The notes under the pieces were generated by a model. It had not been told where the DNA came from and searched no databases. It was given only the letters and a program-made list of their open reading frames with translations. DNA of 63,174 nucleotides, the filler included, from Diploschistes diacapsis (Eukaryota): the NCBI GenBank assembly GCA_023645945.1. It is 22 parts of 22 records of this genome, joined end to end, with 100 filler letters (N's around TTAATTAATTAA, not from the genome) between each part and the next. Parts side by side here need not be neighbours in the genome. Positions count along the whole stretch, not along the records: positions 13,256 to 36,798 come from JALAIB010000262.1; 21 more parts are not named here. One strand, written 5' to 3'. The translations under genes and the position numbers were made by a program. This document shows positions 25,484 through 36,798 of this stretch, one piece after another (within the stretch, counting starts at the first letter, position 1; every line of letters starts with the position of its first letter).

Positions 25484-26878
25484 CTTGTGACGATGGAAGG
25501 AACGCCAGTGAAGGCTTCCAACGGCTCTCAATCAACTTTGTTGATCAACTTCTGAGTAATATCGTGAACAGCCACCAAGGAAAGAGGCAAAGGAGTCTGC
25601 GAAGTCCTTCAAGCGGTTCGGTACGATGACGACAGCAGCCTAACAAAGGGGAACAGCAGACGTGATGATACAGCAAGCTGCCATGCAATATTTAATTAGA
25701 CATCACCGTTAAGGAGCGAATGGTGCAATGATTAGTGAACGAAGAGTCGAGGTCCTCCGACAAGTCCGCTTACCAAGTCAATGAGAGCGGATACAAGACG
25801 AGCTGGCGGGGTTGGGCACGTAAGGACTATTAGTATGAGCTTGAATATGTATGTAGACAAAGAAATGCTAGACAAATGCGCAATCCCACAAGGGAAACGC
25901 CAAACAGAAACAAAGACGGAAGTAGAGAGAAAGTGTGAAGTTGAAAGAGACGCCCGTCCGTCCCTTAGTGTATTCTGCGGGTAAAACGTCCCTATACTGC
26001 ACAACACCCCAAAATTGCGCCTGAAACGCTAAAGATTTTACTAAGTACTGGGTACAGACGACTCGGAAGTCTAGCCTCTGAAAGCCTAGTAGACGATTTG
26101 GTGGCTGCTTTCGGACGGCTATTTTTCATTCGCATTTCCTTCTGCTCAGTTGTGAGTCGTTCTTCAGAAGCTAGGACGGTATCTTCGTTCAGCAGCAAAA
26201 AGGGAAGAGAAATTGATAAGTGGGAGGGGAACCTTCAGCCAAAAGAAGCGCTGGTTGTCCGTTTCCTTAACCCTTCCCCTTGAGGATCTTTGTGGGATTG
26301 TGATGTGCTTGAGCCAACAGGTGAACAGTGCGGGCTTCTGTACATGAAGCTGTCTGGCCCCACCAAATTTCTACGCGCTCGCTCGGTGGGAAAGATAGTA
26401 GGGAAATTAGGACGTTGATCTGCAATACTCCTTGTCAGTTTCAACAGTAATCGCATTGCTGTAGTTTGGATACATGTAGAGCCCTCTTGGGGAGCTTGAC
26501 AGAAGCAGGAGTTTTAAAGATGCAGGATGCTCAATGCAAATTTTTCTGGAAAAGCTTACTAGTATAGTAAGAAGTTATTTGGAGCGATTGAAAGAAGATA
26601 TCAAGCAACACCGATGGGAGGAGACAAAGCTGTTCAGACGCTTGACTGGCTTCATATCAGTCTGGTACGTAAGCGGAAAACACAGAATTGCACCGAGCGT
26701 TGAGAAGGCCCCATGTAAAACAAGAAATTAACATAACGATAGGGTTCGAGAACGTCAAAGCACTTTCGGCGTTTCCCCCATAAAGCCCCAATACCCACAC
26801 GAACTCCCTAGGGCACATAACGCTGCGCAGTATTCCCTGTGATACCTGATCACAACAAACTCCAGGCATTCGACACGC

Positions 26879-27518
26879 TCAGGCGGTCGAACTCCTCTTG
26901 GCACCGAGCAAGTCATCCAGCATATCCAACACAACCTGCTTTACCATACCCACCTTCTCCTTCGCCTCGGTCTCGACCAGGCCAATGGTGTCCGCAGCCT
27001 CATTGGTCTCGGCTTCCGTGAAAGCGCTCACGACGTTGCCGAGGGTCGTGGTCGAGATCTCTGGCATGCGGACGGCAGGCTCCGCGGCAGCGGCAGCGAC
27101 GCGCTCTGTGGCGCGCTGGGGGTTGTAGTTGTCTGGCAAGAGGGGTGTCTGCGGGATGGTGGTGCTTGCGGGGTTTGCGAAGGAGACTTCGGGCATGTAG
27201 GCAAAGTCGACGGTCGAGCTGTCGTTGACGGTCTTGAGGCTGCGGGAGGTGTTGAACTTGCGCTTCCCTGCGCTTCTGTGGAAAGCCGGGTCAGAGGACT
27301 ATGCAAGTTACAGGCGACGGTCTTGAAACTTACAGCTTGTTCTCTTTGGGCACGTTTGCCTTCAATGCGTCAGGATTTGTTAAGGCTGGGCTTGCCTCTC
27401 GTGCGCCGGTCATGTGGAGATTGCGTGCAGTGACATTGGCGGAGGGGATCTTGACCGAGGTGGTGGAGAAGGACTGAATGGCGCGCATTGGCACCTTGGT
27501 TCGAATAGCGGAGGCCAT
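26879..27518 (-). CDS. Small hypothetical protein, probably mitochondria-targeted; exons 27518-27334 and 27275-26879 (193 aa)
   Basis: Basic, acid-free N-terminus (MASAIRTKVPMRAIQSFSTTS). FNTSRSLKTVNDSSTVDFAYMP and PLLPDNY resemble motifs of conserved fungal hypothetical proteins. Canonical 58-nt intron. Confidence 0.75.
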
Positions 27519-29139
27519 GTTTGGAAGGGATCGAATGCAAGGAAAAGTAGAAGAAGTAGGGAAGACCAATTGAAACAAGATATAAGGCTTATGAATTGAG
27601 TCCAATTGGGTGGACTAACAGCAGGTAAGAATGGTGTCAGTTACCGGTTGATGAAAAGAAAGCCAAGATAGAGTTGTATAACTTTCTTCAATTATGTCTT
27701 CATGAGCCTAATGAGCAATCACTTAGAGCAGTTGAACTTGCGATAAGTAGAGTTGAAACGAGTGAGGGGGCCTCAAGCTCCCCTTTCAAAATGCGGAGAA
27801 GCTCGTTTGAAGGGAAAAAGATGGAAGCGATGGGAAAGTGGTGTGCAACTCCGCAGGTTTAGAGAACCAAGATACGGGGAAACTCGGACGGGTGAGCCAT
27901 CATCAACAGCTGAGCTGAGCATGTAAGCTGCAGCCAAGGACGCCAGAGTGACGAGGACACAAAGATCATCTCGAGACTGATTGTTGAGTCAGGGCGGTGA
28001 CCTAAAGTCTACGTGTACATGTATCTAGTAATAAGAGAAAGATGCAAGTTTCGGTGACGGCAACGGGACACGAGGGCCTGAGCTTGCAACAACTGCAGGG
28101 ATTAGCTGCTTTGTCAGTGTTCGCTTCAAGCCCGTTATCAACGGGGACTCAAAGACTACCTGGTAGTTCCCGCTTCTTTGGCAATTGAACCAGGAGAACT
28201 TAAGGCCCTGCAATAGATAGACGTCGTAGGTAGATCATACTACATATAATATATTTACGCTAATACTTTTCATAAATAGATTACATAATCCACTTGGATT
28301 AACTACACTTTACAGCCGGATTTTTAATCATTTAACTCCGATGTCACGTTAGACAGCAAAAACCTATGTAATTGACCCCTAAGTTTCCACAGGCACATCC
28401 GGGGGGTCTACCCGTTCTTTGCAGTACTTCAAAAGTTAATCGGGAATGGTAGGCGCCTGGCAGATAATAGCAAACGCCTTTTTTCATCACCTTGAACGGG
28501 CAATATAAGCATGCTCAAAAATACTTCGACGCGCGTCACTGTAGCTGTACTGGAGTGAAGTGTACTTGTAACCAATAACAGCTACCGTAGCAGGAGTCGA
28601 GGCTTCAGCCTAGTGTGAAACAGAATGGTTTAAAAAAATCTCATGTTCGACTATTAGCGTGCTACCTCTGTCCGGCATCTTAACTCCCCCATTCACCAAG
28701 CCGAAAGACAAATCAGCATGCTAATAATTGAGCATGACCGAGGGGCTGAAATCCCCCCCCCCCCTTTTGGGGAAACCTCCAGCGCTACCCCATCCCCCGA
28801 ACCTCAAACCAAATCTACGAAAATGTTTTCTCAACCACTTTCCCAACGGACTAACTACCGTAGCCCCCGAGGCCGGAAAGGTCGGGAAGGAATGCAAGCT
28901 TACTCCTTCGGATTCATTGATGTATGTAACCTTAATGAACCTGTTGCAGTAATCAAAATGCTTTTTTGATTCAACTTTGAATCTTCGGGAATCTGTGATG
29001 CACCTCACGTTTCTATCTCGAGACCAACCCTCCCCTTCCTTCTATCAATGTGCAATGTGAGTTGGAAAGACTAGAATTTGATGCAAAGTGCATGCCTAGA
29101 GACTCTAGCTACTATGTTCCAGGCATAATCGGGAGACAA

Positions 29140-30949
29140 TCACACGTTGTAGATTGCCTGAGGCGGCACCGTCCCCATCAGCACATCCGTCGGATTGCTC
29201 GGCCTGAACTTCTTCTCCTTGTATGCCAACTCCGCGCCCTCGGCGCCCTTCTCCACCTCGCTGAAGTCAAAGTGCTTCTTCGACAGCCCCTCGTACACCC
29301 CTTTCGCGTATTCGGGCGCGATGTTGTAGATCTGGCTCAAGTACTTCTGCTGGATCTGGGGCCTGCTTACCAAGTTGAGCAGCCGGGACGTATTGTGGTG
29401 CGTGTGCTGCCGCGCGGTGTCGTCCATGACGCGGCGGTAGAGCTCCGTCGCCTGCGCGTACTCAGACTTCTTACCCTCGTGCCCGAAATGCGATTTGCGC
29501 GATACGGTGTTGTCAGCGAGCGCGTACGGCGTCTCGGCCGTGTCCGGGCGGAACTTGTACACTATCGAGTTGGGGTTGTAGTCCGGGTTGCCGCTGTGGT
29601 TTCCGTCATTGCGCATCGGCCCGTCGAAGTTGACTGAGGAGAACGACTGGGCCATGAAAGGGCAGTTGACTGGCTGCTGGTGCAGGTTGATGCCGATGCG
29701 GTGGTACTGAGCGTCGCGGTAGAAGAACATGCGGAACTGCAGCAGGGGATCTGGCGAATCTTCGATGCCCGGTACCATGCTGCCCGGCGAGAAAGCGGCG
29801 AGCTCAACGTCTCGGTGGAAGTTCTCCGGATTTTTCGTCAGGGTTAGCTTGCCGAAGTCTTGCATAGGGAACTCGCTCCGTGGCCAGATCTTTGTTACGT
29901 CAAAGGGATCGAAGCCCAACTTGTTGAAATCGGCCTGCTGGGGCTCCATGACTTGCACTTTGCAGGTCCAACTCGGGCGCTCTCCGTTCTCGATGGCCTG
30001 CCAGAGATCTCGCTTCGAGAAATCCGGATCCTCTCCGGACAGCCTCGTAGCTTCTTCGGCCGTGAATTGCTTTTGGCCACCATCGGCGATGAAATGGTAC
30101 TTGATGTACACAAACTTGCCTTCCTTGTTGACCCACTTGAAAGTGTGGCAGCCGTAGCCATGGAAGCCACGCCAGCCCTGAGGTGTACCGTGATCGCTAA
30201 AGAACATCAGACCCGCATGATTGGCTTCGGGAGTGTTGGCCTGCTATCTTTTAGTATGTGTCCGCAAAAAGGTGATGCAACGCGCTTACCAGTAGGTCAA
30301 ATGTCGCATCATAGTCCAGCAGGAAGTTATCAGGCCGCCTAGCCTGACTCCTGATGACGTCGGGCCCCTGGATGGGATCTCTGCAGAAGAAGACAGGGAA
30401 GTTCAGCCCTACAATGTCCAAGTTGCCCTCTCCGGTATAGAACTTAATAGCAAAGCCTCTGGGGTTCCTAGCCAGGTCCGGAAACTCCCTCCCGAGCGTG
30501 ACAGTCGAGAAGCGGATGAACACAGGCGTCTTCAGGCCCACAGACTGGAGAAAGCTGGCCTTGGTCAAGGAAGAAACATCGTGAGTAACTTCGAAGTGTC
30601 CAAAGGCGCCTGATCCGCAGGGGTGCACCATCCGCTCGAGGTTCTTGCTACGATTGAAGTGCTGCTGCTTTTGCAACAAGAACGTATCGCTAACTAGGGG
30701 AAGGCCCCCTGCGGTCTTGGAGTGAGCAGCATCGGGAAACGGGATGCCCTCGTTGTTGGTGAAGTAAGGACCATCGTCAGACCGCTTGACGTTGTCCAAG
30801 AGCCCGGTGATACGGGCAGCATGAACAGCAGGGCCATCGTTGGCGCCTTGGAAAAAAGAACTTCTCTGCATTGGGCGTGGGTCGACGCCCATGTTGCCAG
30901 CAGCCTCAGTCATCTTTTGGATAGGATGTGTAATGGCTTCAGCGGCCAT
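29140..30949 (-). CDS. Monofunctional heme catalase, small-subunit fungal type; exons 30949-30290 and 30240-29140 (586 aa)
   Basis: Distal ERMVH, RFSTV, RGFAIKFYT, DIVGLN, proximal RMFFYRDAQ; 49-nt canonical intron. Confidence 0.93.
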
Positions 30950-31485
30950 GGGAGAGGCAATGGAAGGAAGAGAGGTCCCGCGTTGCAGAAAGCACGTAAG
31001 AGGGCTCTCTGATTTTTGAATTACCTTGACGGGGGTAGAGGAAGATGGAAAGGAGATGGAGGAAGCAGAAGTTATCATTAGATGGGCAATATGAGGGGAC
31101 CCGGAACGCAACTGGAGCCTGAGAGGGGTTCATGGTGAGTTCAAGAACCGTCTCCGTCATAGTCGTTATAATCGTCATAGTGATGCGTATAGAATTTTGT
31201 CTCTTGTTGTTGATATACGCCTGGTGGGAAACGGCTCACAATTATTTTTGCATTTATTAAAAAGTAGCTTACTAGTTCTAGCAATGATTTCATTGGATCC
31301 GAAAGCACTTCCACTGGCATGCCCTGATTGGTAGCGGATGTAGCCCCGTCAAGCTTAAAGGCTTCACCTGGAGCTTCTCCTATAGGCCCTATAGGCATTA
31401 CTAGCTCAGCGCTATTAAACTACATGTTGAATGCTATAAATATCTGACAAAGCTGTAGAGGGTATCTAGGTATTGTATAAGCACA

Positions 31486-33435
31486 TCATGAGGATGGCAG
31501 CGTGACCTGCTGAACGCCATCGACAACCTGCTCTACTGCTTCCTTTCCAGGGTCCGGTCTTGAACCCTGCCCCTCTATAGACTTCTTCCCTTCGGGTTTC
31601 GCTCCTGCTTTTTTCGCCGCCTTTTTCGTCTTGTCCGCCGCCTTCTTCGCAGCTCTTTTGGCTGCCTCTTCCTCTTTCTTCAATCGCTCTGCCTGCGTGC
31701 CACCAAACAGGTCGCGCCATTCTTGTTCTTTGGCCGGATCGATCAGCTTGAAGAGGTACTTGGCTTTTCCTATCTTGTGGCCAGGCTTAATATCGTCCGC
31801 CGTCCAGTTATCAGGGATTACAAGGAAGGGAGCACGCAGCTGTTCCAGTATGGACTTGGATGTGGCGGGGAGATAAGGAGCGAAAACGGAAGCGAGGAGG
31901 AGAATCAGGTTGATAGCTACTCCTGTCACAGCAGCAGCCTTCTCGGGCTCATTCGTCGCAAGCTTGTTGTCGAAGCCATTCGTTTGCAGGAAATTGTTGC
32001 CTGCCTGTGCTATCGACATGGCGGTAACGAGACCGGCTCGCAGACTCACGGCTTCCATCTCTTCGATGTATTGTTTCAGCAATTCGTTAACTTCGGCAAC
32101 CGTCTTTGTAAATATGGGATCTTCGTATAGTTTTGTATATTCAGGAATGATCGAATCGTAGATTTTGCTGTTTACGAGTTTTATGACACGGTTGACGAAG
32201 TTGCCAAGCTTAGCGAGCAGTTCGCTGTTGTTTTGCTCAATGAAATACTTCCATTCGAATTGCGTGTCTCCGGTTTCAGGCCTGGCTTTGAGCAGATAAT
32301 ATCTCCAAACGTCGGGATGAATTCCAGTCTCTTTGGCACTGGTGCCAAAGACCCCTACTCCTCTTGATTTTGAGAACTTGCCATTTTCGTAATTTAGATA
32401 CTCGGTTGTAGATAGACAATGAAGTTTCGTCCACAATTCCTGAGATCCTATTTGAGACCCGGGAAAAATGACAGTGTGAAACGGTACATTGTCCTTGCCC
32501 ATGAACTGATAGAGACGTACATTCTCTGGATCCCGCCACCACTTCTCCCACTCGTCTGTGTAATTTGCTGTAATGGAGACGTAGCCTATACAAGCATCGA
32601 ACCAAACGTAGAAGACCTTGTCTCTATAAACTTGCTTGTCCTCCTCATTGTCGAAAACGTCAAGTGGCACTGGAACTCCCCATTTCAAGTCTCTCGTTAT
32701 GCCTCGATCTCGGAGACCCTGTTTCAACCATGATTCTGTAATTATCTTGCCGTTTTTAGACCATCCACCCTCCTCGCTCGACGCTGTGACGAAAGCTTCG
32801 ATATCTGGTTGCAACTTGTCCAAGCACAGGTGTATGTGTTTCGTATCACGAGGTACAGGAGTGACATCCGGGTCGACCTTGCACCTTGCATTCTTGAGGT
32901 CTAATGGCTCGTAATCCACCGAACCACATTTGTCACACTGATCTCCCCTCGCATCTTCGTAGCCGCACTTTGGACATGTACCTTCAATGTACCGATCCGC
33001 AAGAAATGCCTTGTGTTTCTCACAGTACGGTTGTCTTGATGTACGCTCAATTGTATAGCCATTCTGGTAGAGTTGGCGGAAAATATGCTGAACAATCTTT
33101 TCTTGCTGTGCTGTTGATGTTCGCCCGAAGATATCGAATTCTATCTCGAACCACTCGTAAATCTCGGCGTGGACTTTGGCATATTTGTCGCAAAGCTCTC
33201 TCGGAGTGACACCCTCCTCGAGCGCCTTTGTTTCTGTTGCCGTCCCATACTCGTCCGTTCCACACACATAAAGTGTGTTTCGTCCACGAGCTCTGTTGTA
33301 CCTTGCAAACACGTCGGCGCTCAAGACACTCCCAATAATATTGCCGAGATGTGGAACGTTATTGACATATGGGAGAGCGCTAGTAATCAGAACGTTTCTT
33401 TGGCCCTTGGCCGGCAGGATCTTCATTGCTGCCAT
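31486..33435 (-). CDS. MES1: Cytosolic methionyl-tRNA synthetase (intronless)
   Basis: ITSALPYVNNVPHLGN (HIGH-like), GTDEYG, CPKC/CDKC zinc knuckle, FYVWFDA, KFSKS (KMSKS-like). Confidence 0.97.
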   Translation of the reverse strand: MAAMKILPAKGQRNVLITSALPYVNNVPHLGNIIGSVLSADVFARYNRARGRNTLYVCGTDEYGTATETKALEEGVTPRELCDKYAKVHAEIYEWFEIEFDIFGRTSTAQQEKIVQHIFRQLYQNGYTIERTSRQPYCEKHKAFLADRYIEGTCPKCGYEDARGDQCDKCGSVDYEPLDLKNARCKVDPDVTPVPRDTKHIHLCLDKLQPDIEAFVTASSEEGGWSKNGKIITESWLKQGLRDRGITRDLKWGVPVPLDVFDNEEDKQVYRDKVFYVWFDACIGYVSITANYTDEWEKWWRDPENVRLYQFMGKDNVPFHTVIFPGSQIGSQELWTKLHCLSTTEYLNYENGKFSKSRGVGVFGTSAKETGIHPDVWRYYLLKARPETGDTQFEWKYFIEQNNSELLAKLGNFVNRVIKLVNSKIYDSIIPEYTKLYEDPIFTKTVAEVNELLKQYIEEMEAVSLRAGLVTAMSIAQAGNNFLQTNGFDNKLATNEPEKAAAVTGVAINLILLLASVFAPYLPATSKSILEQLRAPFLVIPDNWTADDIKPGHKIGKAKYLFKLIDPAKEQEWRDLFGGTQAERLKKEEEAAKRAAKKAADKTKKAAKKAGAKPEGKKSIEGQGSRPDPGKEAVEQVVDGVQQVTLPSS

Positions 33436-33822
33436 GACGCTGACATTCAAAGGAGAGTAAATAAAGTATGTGGGGATGCGCTTTGAAAAGAGCTTCTGAA
33501 TTCAGCCCCGCTATGACACATACTCTTAAACAGAGAGTTTCAATTACAAGCTTCTCAGCTTTTACCACCCTTGTGCGCATCCAAAAAGCACAGATACCAA
33601 AAGTGTGAAGGTCTCTCATAAAGTATTCGCTGTGAAGATACCAATATCATTTATGCCACCCCAATCCAGTCTGAATCTGCAAATGCTGGACCAAGTTCGC
33701 CACAAATAAAGTACCTAAACATTTCCTCCAGCTCCTGTTCAACCCAATCCGCAAATTCACATCGACTATCAATAGCCAACCTTAACACCTTCGCTAAGAA
33801 CCAAAGCCGTCTCGAAAGCTTG

Positions 33823-35061
33823 CTACCACCAGAAAAAATCGTCACGAAGCTCGTGCTTCTTCCCCTTTTTTATCTTGCTCTTGCTCTTGCTCTCGTCTTC
33901 GTCCTCATCCTTGTTATCATCCTCGTCGTCCTTGTCCTTCTCATCCTCATCGTCCTTATCCTTATCCTTCTCGTCCTCATCCTTTTCGTCCTCATCCTTC
34001 TCGTCCTCATCCTTCTCATACTTATCCTTCTCGTCCATGCCATCTTTGTCCTTCTCGTCCTCGTCATCGTCATCTTCGTCGTCATCGTCATCCTCGTCGT
34101 GGTTCTTCGCCTTCTTATCTCCCTTCTTGCTTCCTTTCTTGTTTGACTTGTTTTCATCCTCGTCTTCGTCATCTAAATCGTCTTCATCGGCCCCACAGTT
34201 AGGTCCAACCTTCACAGTTGAGGTACTGGATCCACTGGTCCGTATTATCGTCGTGCATCCTGGACAATCGATCTGCGTTGAGCCATCTGGAGTGACGTGC
34301 TTAGTGCAACCCTTGCCGTTGCTATCCAGCTTGGTACCTGCTGACTTGACAGGCTTCTTAATCTTAAGGACTTTCTTGGACTTCCTAGCTTTCGAGCCTT
34401 TCGAGGAATAATTCTTTGATTTATGCAACTTCGAGGCCTTGGAGTGCTTCTTAAATGAGAGAGCTGGACCTTTCGTGTCTTCAGCCAAGCTTCCCTCGCA
34501 ATTAGAACCCTGCTGGGTCTTTACGTTTCCATACTTGTCGAGAATCTTTTGGCAGCCTGGGCACTGGATGATAGTAGCTCCATCGGACGAATGCACTGTA
34601 TTGCACGAATCATGACCGCCAGTATCATGGTCCAGAGAATAGCCACCGTGCAAGTCGCTGCTGATCCAGGAATTGACGGATTTGATAGGCTTCATCAAGG
34701 GCTTCATATCCTTCCATGGCTGGCTTAACTTCCCCTGGCCGTGGGAGGAGTGTCCCCATGGCTCGGCAGAGTAGTCGTCGCAAGTAGCGCCCTGCTCCCG
34801 AACTACTTCTCCTCCACGAATCCGCCGCTGGCAGCCTGGCAGCTGAACGTTTGCAGAATCAGCATATCCTTCGGCGGGGATCTCATAATCTTGACACAGG
34901 CCTTGTAGATTTGCTATTTGATCGTCCTCATCAAGAGTGACCTGGCAGCCTGGGCATTGGTATAGTGTCCGTCCAGCTTGGTGGTTGACTTGGCAACTGT
35001 GCAAGTTCCGCGCTGCGCAGGTCGCTGCCAGCAGCGCAAGGGGCAGAAAGTAATCGCGCAT
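33823..35061 (-). CDS. Secreted Cys-rich protein with four (C/L)PGC repeats, a Lys-rich linker and an Asp/Glu/Lys tail (412 aa); no family recognised
   Basis: Signal-like N-terminus MRDYFLPLALLAATCAA; long intronless ORF; internal repeat C-x12/13-CPGC-x16/19-C. Confidence 0.8.
   Translation of the reverse strand: MRDYFLPLALLAATCAARNLHSCQVNHQAGRTLYQCPGCQVTLDEDDQIANLQGLCQDYEIPAEGYADSANVQLPGCQRRIRGGEVVREQGATCDDYSAEPWGHSSHGQGKLSQPWKDMKPLMKPIKSVNSWISSDLHGGYSLDHDTGGHDSCNTVHSSDGATIIQCPGCQKILDKYGNVKTQQGSNCEGSLAEDTKGPALSFKKHSKASKLHKSKNYSSKGSKARKSKKVLKIKKPVKSAGTKLDSNGKGCTKHVTPDGSTQIDCPGCTTIIRTSGSSTSTVKVGPNCGADEDDLDDEDEDENKSNKKGSKKGDKKAKNHDEDDDDDEDDDDEDEKDKDGMDEKDKYEKDEDEKDEDEKDEDEKDKDKDDEDEKDKDDEDDNKDEDEDESKSKSKIKKGKKHELRDDFFWW
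33870..34190 (-). repeat. Low-complexity coding repeat (DEKDE units, 15-nt period in part)
   Basis: Reiterated CTCGTCCTCATCCTT-type units on the plus strand. Confidence 0.85.
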
Positions 35062-35746
35062 TGTATCGTAGCCAGATAATTTTTCTTCAGCACAAATCGC
35101 AAAGTTGAAATAAAAGCTCTCATATATATTCAATGAGAAAAACCGGAATACAATTGGGTATGCAATTGAAGAAGATATTGCTAAACATAAAAGAAGAGGC
35201 CGCGTTAACTTTACCTGCAACGAGGCTGCGCAGACCAACGCCGCAAGCTCAGGTCCTTGTAATACCAACTTCTCACGGTTGAATACTTTGCCTAAAGTAT
35301 CCCCCAGGCACTGCCCAACCCCAGGTAATGGATATCAAACGTTGCGTAGTGGCAAGTTGCAACAGAAGGATCTGGGGTAGTAGTCGAGACCTCTAATCCT
35401 GAGAACCTCCAACCTTTCGAGCTTCTGCGTGGGCATGAAGTGGTTGGAAGGGGTACAAGGTGTGCATCGCTAGCTAAGGGGTAGTATACCGTTGTTCTAA
35501 CCGAATTAAAGGCTATTACGTAATGGAATTACCGGAGTTTGATCCTTCCGACCTTTTTAATGGTTAAATATATATTTATTTCGGTCACCAATAACTGCTC
35601 TGTATAGAACGGGTATAGTAGAAGCTCTCCTCACCAGCGATATAGTATCCGTAGCTGCAGTCCAACTTTTGTCCCCATACCAATCACCTATCGTAATGCT
35701 CGGCCGCTGCAGGAGGTGTCCCGCTTCGCTTTTCTAATCTGCTAAG

Positions 35747-36798
35747 ATGTCAGTAATCCTCTGTACTGGTAAGTAGTTTGAAGCTTGAGCAGCAGAGTCT
35801 TGCTTACTATAAGATGTAGCGGGCTACGATCTTACCATTCGTTTTTGGGAGGCATTATCAGGGATATGCTCCCGTACAATCCAGCACTCTGAGTCGCAGG
35901 TGAACCGGCTGTGCATCTCGCCCGACAAGCGCCTACTAGCTGCCGCTGGCAGTGAAGAAGTCAAGCTCTACGACATCCGTTCCACCAACCCTGATCCATT
36001 CCTCACTTTCAAAGGCCACCATGGCAACGTCACAGGCGTCGCGTTCCATTGCGAGGGGAAATGGATGGTAACGAGCTCGGAGGACGGGACCGTCAAGATC
36101 TGGGATACTCGCACAGCAACTGTGCAGAGAAACTACTCGCATGGCTGCCCCGTCAACGACGTGGTCATACATCCCAACCAGGGCGAGCTGATCAGTTGCG
36201 ACCGCGGCGGTAACGTACGGATTTGGGATCTCGGCGAGAACAAGTGCACGCACCAGCTCATCCCCGAGGATGACGTCTCCGTCTCCAGCGTCACCGTTGC
36301 CACGGACGGCACGCTCCTCTGCGCTGGGAACAACAACGTAGGAAATCATACCCCCCCCCTTTCTTCGCCGTTTCCTTCCTTCCCTAACTAACCTCCTTCC
36401 CTTTAGGGCAACGTCTACGTTTGGCGCATGCTCCAAAACCACGACCTCACCTCCCTCATCCCCGTCACCTCCTTTCAAGCCCACGCCACCTACATCACCC
36501 GCGTGCTCCTCTCCCCAGACGTGCGCCACCTCGCGACCTGTTCCGCCGACCACAACGCCCGCATCTGGGCCGTCACCGAACCCTCCCAGCTCCCCACAGA
36601 AGCCACCTTCTCCAGTCAACCCCACCCAACTACCACCGCAAACGGGGCGCCAACAGCCCACCCATCCGCCCTCCAACCCGCACACACGAACCCCCAAGAC
36701 GCCCATTCCCTCTCCCGCACCGCCACCCACCAAACAACCCTAGCCATCCACTCCACAACAGCGGCAACAACAACCAAAACCAAACCCATCATCTCTAC
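35747..36798 (+). CDS. LST8: TOR complex WD40 subunit LST8, 3'-truncated at the contig end; exons 35747-35768, 35820-36337, 36407-(36798)
   Basis: [57 protein letters not shown]; canonical introns. Confidence 0.95.

Noticed and set aside
27600..29100. Long intergenic region as telomerase RNA or RNase P/MRP
   Set aside because: No CCCTAA-repeat template or conserved RNase P/MRP motifs seen by eye; an Infernal/Rfam scan would settle it.
33820..34411. Poly-hydrophobic, poly-Ser and Arg/Met/Thr-rich ORFs
   Set aside because: Alternative frames of the D/E/K repeat tail.
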